DNA of 36,252 bases from Octopus bimaculoides (lineage: Eukaryota), in the NCBI RefSeq assembly GCF_001194135.2, contig NC_068998.1, positions 37,619,046 through 37,655,297 on the forward strand. The letters run 5' to 3'. Of this stretch, positions 22,048 through 34,269 are shown one piece after another. Each line of letters starts with the position of its first letter. Position 1 is the first letter of the stretch. A program made the translations under genes and the position numbers. The notes beneath the pieces are model-generated. The model was given only the letters and a program-made list of their open reading frames with translations, did not search any database and was not told the DNA's origin.

Positions 22048-22217
22048 ATTTATAGTTGGTCTCAGTTTATTGATAAGGAGGGTCTCCATGATTCTGAGAT
22101 TTCCTGTATTGCCCCATCAGGGTCAATCAACACTCCAGAAACAATCCCAGGATCATAGAAGTCCTCCTTATCAACAAGCTGAGACCAGCTATAAATGCAC
22201 AGACAGATCTAGATTGA
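22048..22217. mobile_element. Mini-foldback made of PLE GIY-YIG C-terminal coding sequence
   Basis: 22048-22196 is an imperfect hairpin (ATTTATAGTTGGTCTCAGTTTATTGATAAGGAGG / CCTCCTTATCAACAAGCTGAGACCAGCTATAAAT). The plus arm reads RNNPRIIEVLLINKLRPAINAQTDLD* (22137-22217), like the PLE EN end ExxxIxxxxPxxN. Confidence 0.65.
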
Positions 22218-22538
22218 CAGACATAAGCATAGGCACACAATTATTCACTAAATACAGTATATAATTTATCGTGTATCTAACTGTTTGTCAAGTAAAATAA
22301 AAATGCTAGATTTCTTCAGGCTGTATTCTTTCGCACATAGTTAACATAATTTTAGCCACAAAATTTTCTCTATATTTTACACAGTGATCGAGGTTTCTCC
22401 GTTGTGGCTACGTTGATCGGTATCGAATTACGATTTCTCAATGGAATTTTTCCGCATATTTCACAGTGAAACGATTTATAACCAATCTATATAACTTCGT
22501 CTTTGTTAAAATACTGTTAGAGAAAAAATATTTTCCAC

Positions 22539-22960
22539 ACGGCATAGTGGTAGCTGAGTGCTTGAGAAGCTTGCTTCCCAGCTATATGGTCCTTGCTTCA
22601 GTCTACTGCGCGGCAACCTGGGCAACTGTCTTCTACTTTAGCTCCAGGCCAACCCTGTGAGTGGATTTGGCAGACGGAAACTGAAAGAAGCATCGTCATG
22701 TATATATATATAATTATACGTATATAGTACTAAAATGCGCGTGTCTGTGTGCCTTTGTTTGTGATTGTCCTCCACAATCACTTGACAACCGACGTTAGTG
22801 TATTCACGTGCCCGTAACTTAGCGGTTCAGCAAAAACCAATACAATAAGTAGCAGGCTTTTAAAATAAGTGCTGGGGTCGAGTCATTCGACTAACCTTCT
22901 CCAAGGCGGTGTTCCAGTATGTCCGCAGTCTAATAACTGAAGCAAGTAATGGATAAAAGA
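22539..22960 (+). mobile_element. SINE family A, near full length
   Basis: Homologous to 3046-3546 along its whole length. Confidence 0.9.
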
Positions 22961-22983
22961 TGTGTGTGTGCACGCGTGCGCGT

Positions 22984-23180
22984 GTTTCAGTTTGTCCCTA
23001 CCTACCGTTTGACTACCGGTGTTAGTTTGTTTACGTTCCCGAAACGTTGCGGTTATTCAAACGAGACCAATTGATTAAATACCGGGCATTTAAAAAATAA
23101 GTACTGAGGTTGATTTTTCGACTAAACCATTCGAAGCGGTGCCCCAGCTTGGCCGTAGTTCAATGACAAAATCAATGAAA
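22984..23180 (+). mobile_element. SINE family A, 3' half (decayed)
   Basis: TTTACGTTCCCG..AAAAATAAGTACTGAGGTTGATTTTTCGACTAAA..GCGGTGCCCCAGCTTGGCCG. Confidence 0.8.
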
Positions 23181-23302
23181 TATAACAGATATAAGACGAA
23201 AGAAATCTCAGCGTATTTGCCTGTGCACGAAGTCTTCATGTCGCGAAGAGAATGTTTACCAGCAAATCTCACAGCTATGTTCACTAATATTTCTGTGTAA
23301 TG

Positions 23303-23503
23303 AGGCGGCGAGCAAGGCAAAATCGTTAGTGTTATTTCATCCGTTTTCATGTTCTGAGTTCAAATTCCATCGAGGTTGAATTTGCTTTCATCCTTCCGGG
23401 ATCGATAAAATAAATACCAGTCAAACACAGGGGTCGTTGTAATTGATTTACCACCCTAACCCACGAAATTGCTGACCCCGTACCAAAATTTGAAGTCAGT
23501 ATT
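23303..23503 (+). mobile_element. SINE family B
   Basis: AGGCGGCGAGC..GTTCTGAGTTCAAATTCC..GATCGATAAAATAAATACCAG..CCAAAATTTGAAG; homologous to the two copies at 11438-11865. Confidence 0.85.
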
Positions 23504-24021
23504 TTGTGCAATAATCGTTTGTTTAGAAAACATTTCACTTCGTAAAGTTTTCCCCGATGCTGTTGGTTATTTTGATTCAAAATTCATCAAATTTCAATTG
23601 ATGCTTAAGCTTCCAAATGTCCATCAATAAAACCGAAGGTTAGATGGTGAAGATAGCTGGACAAACAAACACTGTTTTTCTCAAAGAGAGTCTTATATTC
23701 GATGTTTACGCATTTGAAGCAATGACAATCTTTATATCAATGCTCAAGGTGAGAAAAAAAAACTAAGGACGATGATTATCATAAAGCAATTCGCTGTGAA
23801 TTGTTTTTCTACGTTTTTCCAGAGCGAACAGGATTTTAAAAATGAAAACAATTGGTGATCTCTGTTACAAAGAATAAAAACATGTTTCAAATGAGCGTTT
23901 GTTGTAGAATTTCCTTGCTTACTTTATTTTAAATAAATTGCTTGAGGCGTCGGTTTTCGGTCAATGCTAGTTGTATCACGCTAATACACACACACACACG
24001 CATACACACACATTGAAGATA

Positions 24022-24390
24022 TACTTACACCACATTGAAAATATACTTAAAGCCTTGGGAACAGGTTCGAACTCTGATGTCATATATCTTGACTTCAGTA
24101 AAGCATTCGACAGGGTTGACGATAATATCTTACTCTCAAAATTTGCAAATGTTGGAATCCGTGGAAAACTTCTACACTGGATTAAGCATTTCCTGGAGAA
24201 TAGAACACAAGAAGTTGTGGTCGATAGAGTCCACTCAAGCCCAGCAAAAGTAACCAATGGCGTCCCTCAGGGGACTGTCTTGGGCCCACTCCTCTTTATA
24301 ATTTGCATAAATGACCTTTCCAGCGTCGTAAATCACTGCAAAGTGAAAATATTTGCTGATGACACTAAGCTCCAGCAAATCATCAATAGC
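24022..24390 (+). mobile_element. CR1/Jockey-group LINE reverse transcriptase fragment
   Basis: DVIYLDFSKAFDRVD, GVPQGTVLGPLLFIICIND and IFADDTKL in one open frame. Confidence 0.92.
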
Positions 24391-27011
24391 TCTAACAAAT
24401 TATTTGATGTAACCATGGGATCTTCTGATTCCGCTCGGGCCACAGATTTATTGGATTGTATATACTCCACCAATTACAATCACATTTCCCTAACATCCAT
24501 GGTGGTCTATATAGAGACGATGCTTTACTAATCACCAAGGCTACTAATAAATCTTCCATAGAGAGGACTAAAAAGGATCTACACAAATTCTTCTCAAGTA
24601 TGAATCTATCAATAACATTCGAAAACGCGTATAAAACGGCTAACTTTTTGGACGTCTCTCTGAACCTATCAAACTCGCAGCACTCCCCCTATCATAAACC
24701 CAACCAGTACCTAAAATACCTCAATATTCACTCTAATCACCACAGATCTACTTTCGATAACATAATCATGGGTATCTTAACCCGCATATCCGATCTATCC
24801 TCTTCCGAAGAAATCTTTAACAATCACGCTCCATACTACAATCAAGCTCTCGCCGCTAGTGGTTTCTCCCAACAGATAAAATACATCCATAACACCAGAC
24901 TTAAANNNNNNNNNNNNNNNNNNNNNNNNNNNNNNNNNNNNNNNNNNNNNNNNNNNNNNNNNNNNNNNNNNNNNNNNNNNNNNNNNNNNNNNNNNNNNNN
25001 NNNNNNNNNNNNNNNNNNNNNNNNNNNNNNNNNNNNNNNNNNNNNNNNNNNNNNNNNNNNNNNNNNNNNNNNNNNNNNNNNNNNNNNNNNNNNNNNNNNN
25101 NNNNNNNNNNNNNNNNNNNNNNNNNNNNNNNNNNNNNNNNNNNNNNNNNNNNNNNNNNNNNNNNNNNNNNNNNNNNNNNNNNNNNNNNNNNNNNNNNNNN
25201 NNNNNNNNNNNNNNNNNNNNNNNNNNNNNNNNNNNNNNNNNNNNNNNNNNNNNNNNNNNNNNNNNNNNNNNNNNNNNNNNNNNNNNNNNNNNNNNNNNNN
25301 NNNNNNNNNNNNNNNNNNNNNNNNNNNNNNNNNNNNNNNNNNNNNNNNNNNNNNNNNNNNNNNNNNNNNNNNNNNNNNNNNNNNNNNNNNNNNNNNNNNN
25401 NNNNNNNNNNNNNNNNNNNNNNNNNNNNNNNNNNNNNNNNNNNNNNNNNNNNNNNNNNNNNNNNNNNNNNNNNNNNNNNNNNNNNNNNNNNNNNNNNNNN
25501 NNNNNNNNNNNNNNNNNNNNNNNNNNNNNNNNNNNNNNNNNNNNNNNNNNNNNNNNNNNNNNNNNNNNNNNNNNNNNNNNNNNNNNNNNNNNNNNNNNNN
25601 NNNNNNNNNNNNNNNNNNNNNNNNNNNNNNNNNNNNNNNNNNNNNNNNNNNNNNNNNNNNNNNNNNNNNNNNNNNNNNNNNNNNNNNNNNNNNNNNNNNN
25701 NNNNNNNNNNNNNNNNNNNNNNNNNNNNNNNNNNNNNNNNNNNNNNNNNNNNNNNNNNNNNNNNNNNNNNNNNNNNNNNNNNNNNNNNNNNNNNNNNNNN
25801 NATAGGTGCAACTAAAAACTTCAAACATCGCTACGCAGCCCATTTGCACTCTTTTAGATATGACAAACACAGTAAATCTACAACATTAGCCAATCACATT
25901 CATCACCTCAAAAGCACAAATACCCAATATACTTTAAAATGGTCCATCTTAGATTCTGGAACTCCATACCAGGGCCAGCGCTCCAACTGCAAGCTTTGCT
26001 TAAAGGAGGCGTTCCATATTTTAAAATACAATTCTCCCACTCTACTTAATCGATATAATGAAGCATTTAGCACCTGCAATCACCGTTTTTTTCCATACAT
26101 TTAAACTTTATCACAAACAAAAATGCACAAACGATCACGCAACATAATCGCCCGGCTCCCTATGGGCAACCTATTCGACCTGGCAAAACCATCCATCTTT
26201 TACCATCTTTCGAATAGATTCATTTCTTCTTCGATCCTATCACTACTATATATATATTACCAAATCTACTTCCTCTACACCTACCTGACAATAACACCAC
26301 CACCACATACAGGCTGCTTGGTAACTTTCGATCCCACTTCCACCGTCTGTAAATTAAGTTTAGCTATATTTTAGAATATGATACTACTAACTCTCTATCT
26401 CACTCCTCTTTTCCTTTATTACTGTCCTTGGTTTGTCACCCATACCCCCACCACCTATGTACTACCTCTGCGTATTCCTTCCTCCTCACTAAACCATTTA
26501 ACCTCATCCCCCCTTTCCTCCTTCCCTCACAATACTCATCCTCTCTGTCCAGTCAGATTAACTGACCACAAAAATATATCACTACCATTCCCCACCGGAA
26601 TCTTTCCTCTATCCCCTTCCCATTCTGTCTTTATGACTTGACGTATTTACCCTACACACATTTCTCACTTGACTTGGGACATCCTTCAAGTAAACACAAG
26701 CAATATACCTCGGACACAATATGGCATATATCCACCTCTGCTATTTCAGCCTTTGCTGCAGCAACTATTTCCGGAAAATTCCCACAAGGATTACTTTACA
26801 CGGATACTTACTACTGGAATGAAAATACACTCCAAGTACTGTTCTTTCTTTCTTTCTTTTTTCAGCGCATCACACTCACTCTCACTTCATACTATAACTC
26901 TCCGCCTATGGATATAATAATCGATTCCTTTATTATTTCTGTCTCCGATGAAGGGAAGTTTTGGATCTTCCCAGATACAGCTGTAAGACTCTATCCATAA
27001 AATATATTTCC
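24391..27011 (+). mobile_element. 5'-truncated Penelope-like element (RT + GIY-YIG EN + long pyrimidine-rich 3' UTR + hammerhead)
   Basis: RT: LFDVTMGS, GGLYRDDALL, NFLDVSLNL, PYHKPN..YLNIHSNH. After the gap, EN at 25802-26104: IGATKNFKHRYAAHLHSF..STTLANHI..KWSIL..CKLCLKE..LLNRYNE..CNH*. Continuity across the N gap is inferred. Confidence 0.85.
26941..26989 (+). ncRNA. Near-canonical minimal type-I hammerhead motif in PLE 3' region
   Basis: GTCT-CCGATGA-A-GGGAAG(TTTTGGAT)CTTCCC-A-GATA-CAGCTG-TA-AGAC. Helix I GTCT/AGAC, helix II 6 bp, palindromic helix III ACAGCTGT, GUA site. Variants U4>C and A14>U. Confidence 0.7.
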
Positions 27012-27924
27012 NNNNNNNNNNNNNNNNNNNNNNNNNNNNNNNNNNNNNNNNNNNNNNNNNNNNNNNNNNNNNNNNNNNNNNNNNNNNNNNNNNNNNNNNN
27101 NNNNNNNNNNNNNNNNNNNNNNNNNNNNNNNNNNNNNNNNNNNNNNNNNNNNNNNNNNNNNNNNNNNNNNNNNNNNNNNNNNNNNNNNNNNNNNNNNNNN
27201 NNNNNNNNNNNNNNNNNNNNNNNNNNNNNNNNNNNNNNNNNNNNNNNNNNNNNNNNNNNNNNNNNNNNNNNNNNNNNNNNNNNNNNNNNNNNNNNNNNNN
27301 NNNNNNNNNNNNNNNNNNNNNNNNNNNNNNNNNNNNNNNNNNNNNNNNNNNNNNNNNNNNNNNNNNNNNNNNNNNNNNNNNNNNNNNNNNNNNNNNNNNN
27401 NNNNNNNNNNNNNNNNNNNNNNNNNNNNNNNNNNNNNNNNNNNNNNNNNNNNNNNNNNNNNNNNNNNNNNNNNNNNNNNNNNNNNNNNNNNNNNNNNNNN
27501 NNNNNNNNNNNNNNNNNNNNNNNNNNNNNNNNNNNNNNNNNNNNNNNNNNNNNNNNNNNNNNNNNNNNNNNNNNNNNNNNNNNNNNNNNNNNNNNNNNNN
27601 NNNNNNNNNNNNNNNNNNNNNNNNNNNNNNNNNNNNNNNNNNNNNNNNNNNNNNNNNNNNNNNNNNNNNNNNNNNNNNNNNNNNNNNNNNNNNNNNNNNN
27701 NNNNNNNNNNNNNNNNNNNNNNNNNNNNNNNNNNNNNNNNNNNNNNNNNNNNNNNNNNNNNNNNNNNNNNNNNNNNNNNNNNNNNNNNNNNNNNNNNNNN
27801 NNNNNNNNNNNNNNNNNNNNNNNNNNNNNNNNNNNNNNNNNNNNNNNNNNNNNNNNNNNNNNNNNNNNNNNNNNNNNNNNNNNNNNNNNNNNNNNNNNNN
27901 NNNNNNNNNNNNNNNNNNNNNNNN

Positions 27925-28352
27925 TACATATCTCCCAATGGTAGTCCACTGTCGTTGTGGAAGAGCTTGTGTGTTCCAATGATTCTGAGAGCGATACCGT
28001 CTGGACCCTTAGACTCCTGGTAGGGCCACCCATGGCGGCAAGGTTGAAGATGAGGTCCCAGACTCAACATGACCAAACACCAACATCAAGACCACAACGG
28101 CGGAGCAAGCGGAAGAGGGTTATCTCAAGCCCCAAGGATTGACTCCTTCGGAAGAGGGCAACACCTGGTGGCCAGGCGTGACAAAGACGAGTAGTCTCCG
28201 GCAGCTCGCTGCAACCAGCCTCATCAAGACTGCACATCTCAATTCTTGAACGGCAGTGGAGAAGTTCCTGTCCAAGTGAGTGGCCGTCGCGCAGCCTCAA
28301 TCACCTCAAACAATTTATTCAACGAATGGCTTCGTCGTTCTAATTTGTCTCA
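27925..28352 (+). mobile_element. CR1-group LINE C-terminal remnant, probably the downstream part of the 24022 copy
   Basis: Frameshifted motifs HCRCGRACV, GPRL-N (GPRL at 28054-28065), EKFLSK, RRAASITSNNLFNEWLRR. Confidence 0.55.
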
Positions 28353-28692
28353 AAAGGCCCAATGTCGACGGTAGTTCTGCCCACGACTCTTTCACCACCG
28401 ACCTGGACTTCTAAGTTACTTTCAGTATAAAAACCAGCCGAGGAGACTGGATGGAAACTGTCGAACCCAGTGCTCAGATACGAGCTGGAGCCGACGATAT
28501 ATATATACATGCTTAAATACATTAGTATATAAAATATATACACATTGATATATGCATAGCAAATTAGTTAAATGCATATTCATATTGTCTTTAAAGCAAA
28601 CTAAAAGTTTAACTTCAAACTCCATCTTTGTACAAACATCAAAAAATCTCAATGAATCAAAACACTATTCATAGTATAATAAACGCACACAA

Positions 28693-28750
28693 AAGGCGGT
28701 AACCTAGCATGGCCGCAGTCAAATGATCGAAATAAATAAAAGATAAAAGA
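28693..28750 (+). mobile_element. SINE family A 3' tail fragment
   Basis: AAGGCGGTAACCTAGCATGGCCGCAGTCAAATGATCGAAATAAATAAAAGATAAAAGA. Confidence 0.75.
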
Positions 28751-28771
28751 TAGAAAGAAACACAATTACAG

Positions 28772-28812
28772 CACATTAGATTGCAACACATTAAATTGCA
28801 ACACATTAGATT
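28772..28812. repeat. 15-bp tandem repeat, about 2.7 copies
   Basis: CACATTA(G/A)ATTGCAA units. Confidence 0.85.
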
Positions 28813-29456
28813 CTATGAACACAGAATCTGAGATTAATTGTAGATTAAATATAGACTTTAGAATTCGCGTTTTAACTCTATGAACACCATAGAATTACTT
28901 TTAAGTATCCCAAAACTAATTTACTAGGCAATCAACCAGGAGACTTGTTAACCAAAAGTCAATTATATACTAATAGAATTTTTTCATTTCTTGGCGAAAT
29001 AATCATCAAAATTGAAGAATTTTCCAATTTACTGTTGTGGAACAACAATATTTCAATTACAAAGTATTTCAAAGTATCACTAATAAACAACAGCACAGAT
29101 TCACTCGGTTTTGATATCATATGTTATTACTTTCCAATTACCAAACTGTTATTTCAAAAAGTCATCAGCAGTCAACAGCCTCGCTTTCGCATTGGTGAAT
29201 CAAAAATTAAAATCCATGAGCAAAGGAAATCTTTAACAGTCTTTAAGTAAAAATTATCGCAATTCTAACTCTAGTATCATCATGGTGTGGGAAAAATATT
29301 CGGAAAAAATTATGAAGTAGAATATTTTTACAGACACACACACACACACACACACACACACANNNNNNNNNNNNNNNNNNNNNNNNNNNNNNNNNNNNNN
29401 NNNNNNNNNNNNNNNNNNNNNNNNNNNNNNNNNNNNNNNNNNNNNNNNNNNNNNNN

Positions 29457-29489
<33 letters not shown>

Positions 29490-29752
29490 GTATGTGTTTG
29501 AATGTATGTATGTATGTATGTATGCATATATATATATATGTATGTATCTTTCAAATTTGTTTATGGTAAGATTTTGAATATGCAAATAAAGCTCCTATTC
29601 TAGTATGCCGTCCACCGTCTAATGATGCTGACTAGTGAACCAGTTTTTCGGGGTTGCTTCAAATTTTACCGATATAATGTAGGATAAATATAATTTTAAT
29701 AACAATAAACCTAGGATGAAATTTATAAACGTTTAATACATCGCTACGCGCG

Positions 29753-29788
<36 letters not shown>

Positions 29789-29900
29789 CATACATACATG
29801 CATGCCTGTATAGATACATACATACATATGTACGCACGTACATACATACATACATACATACATACATACATACATACATACATTCATACATACACAAATA
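29753..29900. repeat. (AT)n/(ACAT)n microsatellite
   Basis: Direct. Confidence 0.9.
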
Positions 29901-30945
29901 CTTATAGATGCAAGACCTTATTTTGTTTGTATAATGTATATTTATTTTATTTTGTATATTCAAATTTTGCCGTGCTTGTTTTCAACACTGTCGCCAGTTC
30001 CCTCGACCCAGCAGCTTCTCGTCGCAGAAGCCATAAAAGAACTGAACAATATTATCATTAAAATTGTGAAATTATAAGGATCTTTTGAATGGTAACAGAT
30101 GATGAACTACCAACCTCCTGTCCTGAACGTGAATTTTCCGTTTGTTCCTTTGTTTCGTTTCAGTTCAAATTTTGAAACTTTATATATATAGAGAGGCCGC
30201 GTTCGTCTGTTTATATANNNNNNNNNNNNNNNNNNNNNNNNNNNNNNNNNNNNNNNNNNNNNNNNNNNNNNNNNNNNNNNNNNNNNNNNNNNNNNNNNNN
30301 NNNNNNNNNNNNNNNNNNNNNNNNNNNNNNNNNNNNNNNNNNNNNNNNNNNNNNNNNNNNNNNNNNNNNNNNNNNNNNNNNNNNNNNNNNNNNNNNNNNN
30401 NNNNNNNNNNNNNNNNNNNNNNNNNNNNNNNNNNNNNNNNNNNNNNNNNNNNNNNNNNNNNNNNNNNNNNNNNNNNNNNNNNNNNNNNNNNNNNNNNNNN
30501 NNNNNNNNNNNNNNNNNNNNNNNNNNNNNNNNNNNNNNNNNNNNNNNNNNNNNNNNNNNNNNNNNNNNNNNNNNNNNNNNNNNNNNNNNNNNNNNNNNNN
30601 NNNNNNNNNNNNNNNNNNNNNNNNNNNNNNNNNNNNNNNNNNNNNNNNNNNNNNNNNNNNNNNNNNNNNNNNNNNNNNNNNNNNNNNNNNNNNNNNNNNN
30701 NATATATAAACAGACAAACGGATTAAGTCAATAGTCATTGAAAAGTTGCAAGAAACAACGAAAGTGCTTTGACAAACAAAAACAAAACAAATGAAACAGT
30801 CAGTTAGTTGGATATATAACCAATTGACTAATAATAAAGGAATAGAATTAAACCAGTGCGTGTGTTAATTATATTGCATAATGTATCTTCCTACACTCTT
30901 CCATAAGGAATCTTGCAAACCAGTAACAAAAACGAAGTACATATG

Positions 30946-30990
<45 letters not shown>

Positions 30991-32084
30991 CAAATTTTCA
31001 TTGTTTTACAAGGTGTCTTGTGTTAAAATGATGGCCGCCAATAAGCAGAACAGTCATTTTTAATAGCATATGATAATATCAAAACAGTGACTTTTCTTGA
31101 CATCACACTATGGCGTCCGCTTATGAAATCTAGCCTTTCTCCAGATATTTCAAGAAATGTATCCAAATACAATTACTCATCGATTCTTTAGAATTTTTTA
31201 TTTTGAAAAATCAATCAATGTGGTAAAACATTATAATAGCAAAGCTTTATAATAGAATGATGTTAAAGATAAGATGAAGTACATCGAATTATGCTGCCAA
31301 AGAATCAAACATCAAACATACAGAAAAGGAAGTATACAAGCGATCCATAGTCCAAAAATAATAGATGTACTTCCAGGACATTTCTAAGTCTGTAAACATA
31401 CTTTTCGCTATTCAGTGCACATATCGTAGGAATCTTAATGTTGCCAATATAAAACTTAGTTATCCCACTGCTTGTAACTTTCCAGAATCCTTGTAGAACA
31501 TCAACCAAAGCAAAAATAGACCTTTATGCAATATTTGATACCACTCAATAACACAAATGCATAGACCCTGGCTCATGTCCCCTAAACGGTAGATGTCAGA
31601 CAAAATATAAAGTCAGTTATGCCGAAGCGTTACACAGAATGTACATTCTGACAATGTACATTGCTGTTCGTCCAAATGGACAAATATTCGTTGAATTATA
31701 GTATCTAGAGTTAATTCATTGGTCTTCCATAGTCTCAGTTTCCGTGTAGCCGTTTCCACACAAGATATTATGCAGAATCGTTATATATATATATATNNNN
31801 NNNNNNNNNNNNNNNNNNNNNNNNNNNNNNNNNNNNNNNNNNNNNNNNNNNNNNNNNNNNNNNNNNNNNNNNNNNNNNNNNNNNNNNNNNNNNNNNNNNN
31901 NNNNNNNNNNNNNNNNNNNNNNNNNNNNNNNNNNNNNNNNNNNNNNNNNNNNNNNNNNNNNNNNNNNNNNNNNNNNNNNNNNNNNNNNNNNNNNNNNNNN
32001 NNNNNNNNNNNNNNNNNNNNNNNNNNNNNNNNNNNNNNNNNNNNNNNNNNNNNNNNNNNNNNNNNNNNNATATATATATATATA

Positions 32085-32336
32085 CACCTACCCTCCGAAG
32101 AAACCTTATCATGTCTGCATTCTACTTTGTCAAAATATGTTTGGGGCTTGAAAGATAAACACACTATTTTCGACAGCAATGCAAAATTTGATACCAAGCA
32201 AAATTATGCAAATTTTGTGGGTTTGAAACAAAAACCTCAAGACATTTTGGCCCAAGGATGCTTTGAATAGAAATTCCAATCTACACTTACAGGCAGACGC
32301 ACGCATACATTTTCACTGAAGAATTATAATCCATGA
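32085..32336 (+). mobile_element. PLE GIY-YIG endonuclease C-terminal fragment (decayed)
   Basis: HSTLSKYVWGLKDK, then frameshifted CKFCGFE, LNRNSNL and RTHTFSLKNY; same motif order as 25802-26104. Confidence 0.65.
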
Positions 32337-32915
32337 TATCGCTAATCCTTTATTTGATTATAATAATTATATTCCTTACAAACATACACAAAAACTTAAC
32401 ATCTTTGCCTCACATTGTAATTTCCATAAAATTTCATAGCTTTTAAAAAATTTTTATAAATAAATACGATACATAAAATACTTCACAATTAACTTTTATC
32501 TTCCTACAACACTCCAGATTTAATATTACTATTATTTTCTTCTAATCTCTCGCCTCATCCACCTTCCATTCATATTCTCTCAAAATTTTAACTCCATTTT
32601 ATATGTTCGTATGAAAAAAGTAAACAGGCTATTTATTACTGATGCAAATAAATTTATATTATGATACAGGTTTGGCGTCTGGAATCTAATATCTAAAGTA
32701 GTAATACGGTATTGTTATGCATAAACGTGTATATGGAAGTCATATAGATTAATGTTTAATTAACATAATATTTAGTACCGTTTTGAAAGTGAAAGTACAG
32801 CAGTTTCAACGCTTAAGGGCGAATAGTGAGGAGACTAAGTTATTGTAATTATTGATATTTCTCTTCATTAATCACCTACTTCACCTAACAACTGCGAAGT
32901 TAACAAACAGCATAC

Positions 32916-33025
32916 ATTTATACATATATATATATATATATATACACACACACGCACACGTATATACATATACAAGCACGTAAATATGTATGTAGGTATT
33001 ATATATATATATATATATATATCAA

Positions 33026-33075
<50 letters not shown>

Positions 33076-33460
33076 NNNNNNNNNNNNNNNNNNNNNNNNN
33101 NNNNNNNNNNNNNNNNNNNNNNNNNNNNNNNNNNNNNNNNNNNNNNNNNNNNNNNNNNNNNNNNNNNNNNNNNNNNNNNNNNNNNNNNNNNNNNNNNNNN
33201 NNNNNNNNNNNNNNNNNNNNNNNNNNNNNNNNNNNNNNNNNNNNNNNNNNNNNNNNNNNNNNNNNNNNNNNNNNNNNNNNNNNNNNNNNNNNNNNNNNNN
33301 NNNNNNNNNNNNNNNNNNNNNNNNNNTATATATATATATATAAGTATATATGTATTTGTATATATATATATATATGCGTATATATATACATATATATATA
33401 TACATATATGTATATACATATATATATACATATGTATTTGTGTGTGTGTGTGTGTGTTCA
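32916..33460. repeat. (AT)n tract with N gap
   Basis: Direct. Confidence 0.9.
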
Positions 33461-33960
33461 TAACTTCTGAACATATACCACATATATAAATAATAAGTAC
33501 ATGTCCATATATATGTGTGTATGTGATTTTGCTCGCGAGCATGTGTGCATGTGAGTGTGTGTGCGCGTGCGTATGGATGTACGTGTATGTGTGTGTGTCA
33601 GTGTAAGCGCTTGTAAATCCTCAAAAGTTTTGCTTTGGTACTAAATAATATTTTTGCGTTTTTTTTTTGTTTTGTTTTCATCATTTCACATTTAATTTTA
33701 CATTACAACTTGTGAGGCACAGACACCATTATTATTTCTATACCGTTCAATCACTAAATTTCATAGGTAAAGTTGCAACACGGCATGGTAATAACTGTGG
33801 GTTTCATACATGTTCATTATGTCTATATTTAGTATTGTTGTCAATATCTAATTTTGTGACTTGCAATAGACCATTCCTCAAATAAAAGTAGATAAACCCG
33901 AATCATTTCATATTTAATTTATATGAGGATCATTTTACTTGACTCTTTAACCGTTACAAT

Positions 33961-34157
33961 TCTTTTATCTTTTACTTCTTTTAGTCATTAGAACGTGACC
34001 ATACTGGGGCACCGCCTTGAAGAATTTTTAGTCGAATGAATCAGTCCCAGGTTTCTGTTAAGCCTGGCAATTATCCTGCCGGCCTCTTATGCCGAACCGC
34101 TAGGTTACGAGGATGTAAACACACCAATACCAGTTATCAAGAAGTACTGAAGAAAAA
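33961..34157 (-). mobile_element. SINE family A, 3' half
   Basis: Reverse complement of the tail and core (TTTTATCTTTTACTT..CAGTCATTAG..CTGGGGCACCGCCTTGAAGAATTTTTAGTCGAATGAATC). Confidence 0.85.
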
Positions 34158-34269
34158 CATTATGCAAAGATACACACAAACACACACGCACGCACGCACG
34201 CACGCGCACGCGCGCACACACACGCACACACACACACATACACACACACACACACATATATATATATTA

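Noticed and set aside
25985-25998. Possible selenocysteine (in-frame TGA) at the CxLC motif, as I recall being reported for some PLEs
   Set aside because: Both cysteines are encoded by TGC here and there is no in-frame TGA in the visible EN.
30203-30718. Short inverted repeat (GTCTGTTTATATA / TATATAAACAGAC) flanking an N gap
   Set aside because: About half of the match is TA repeat, the interior is unknown, and the right side looks like a SINE-type fragment; no element can be supported.
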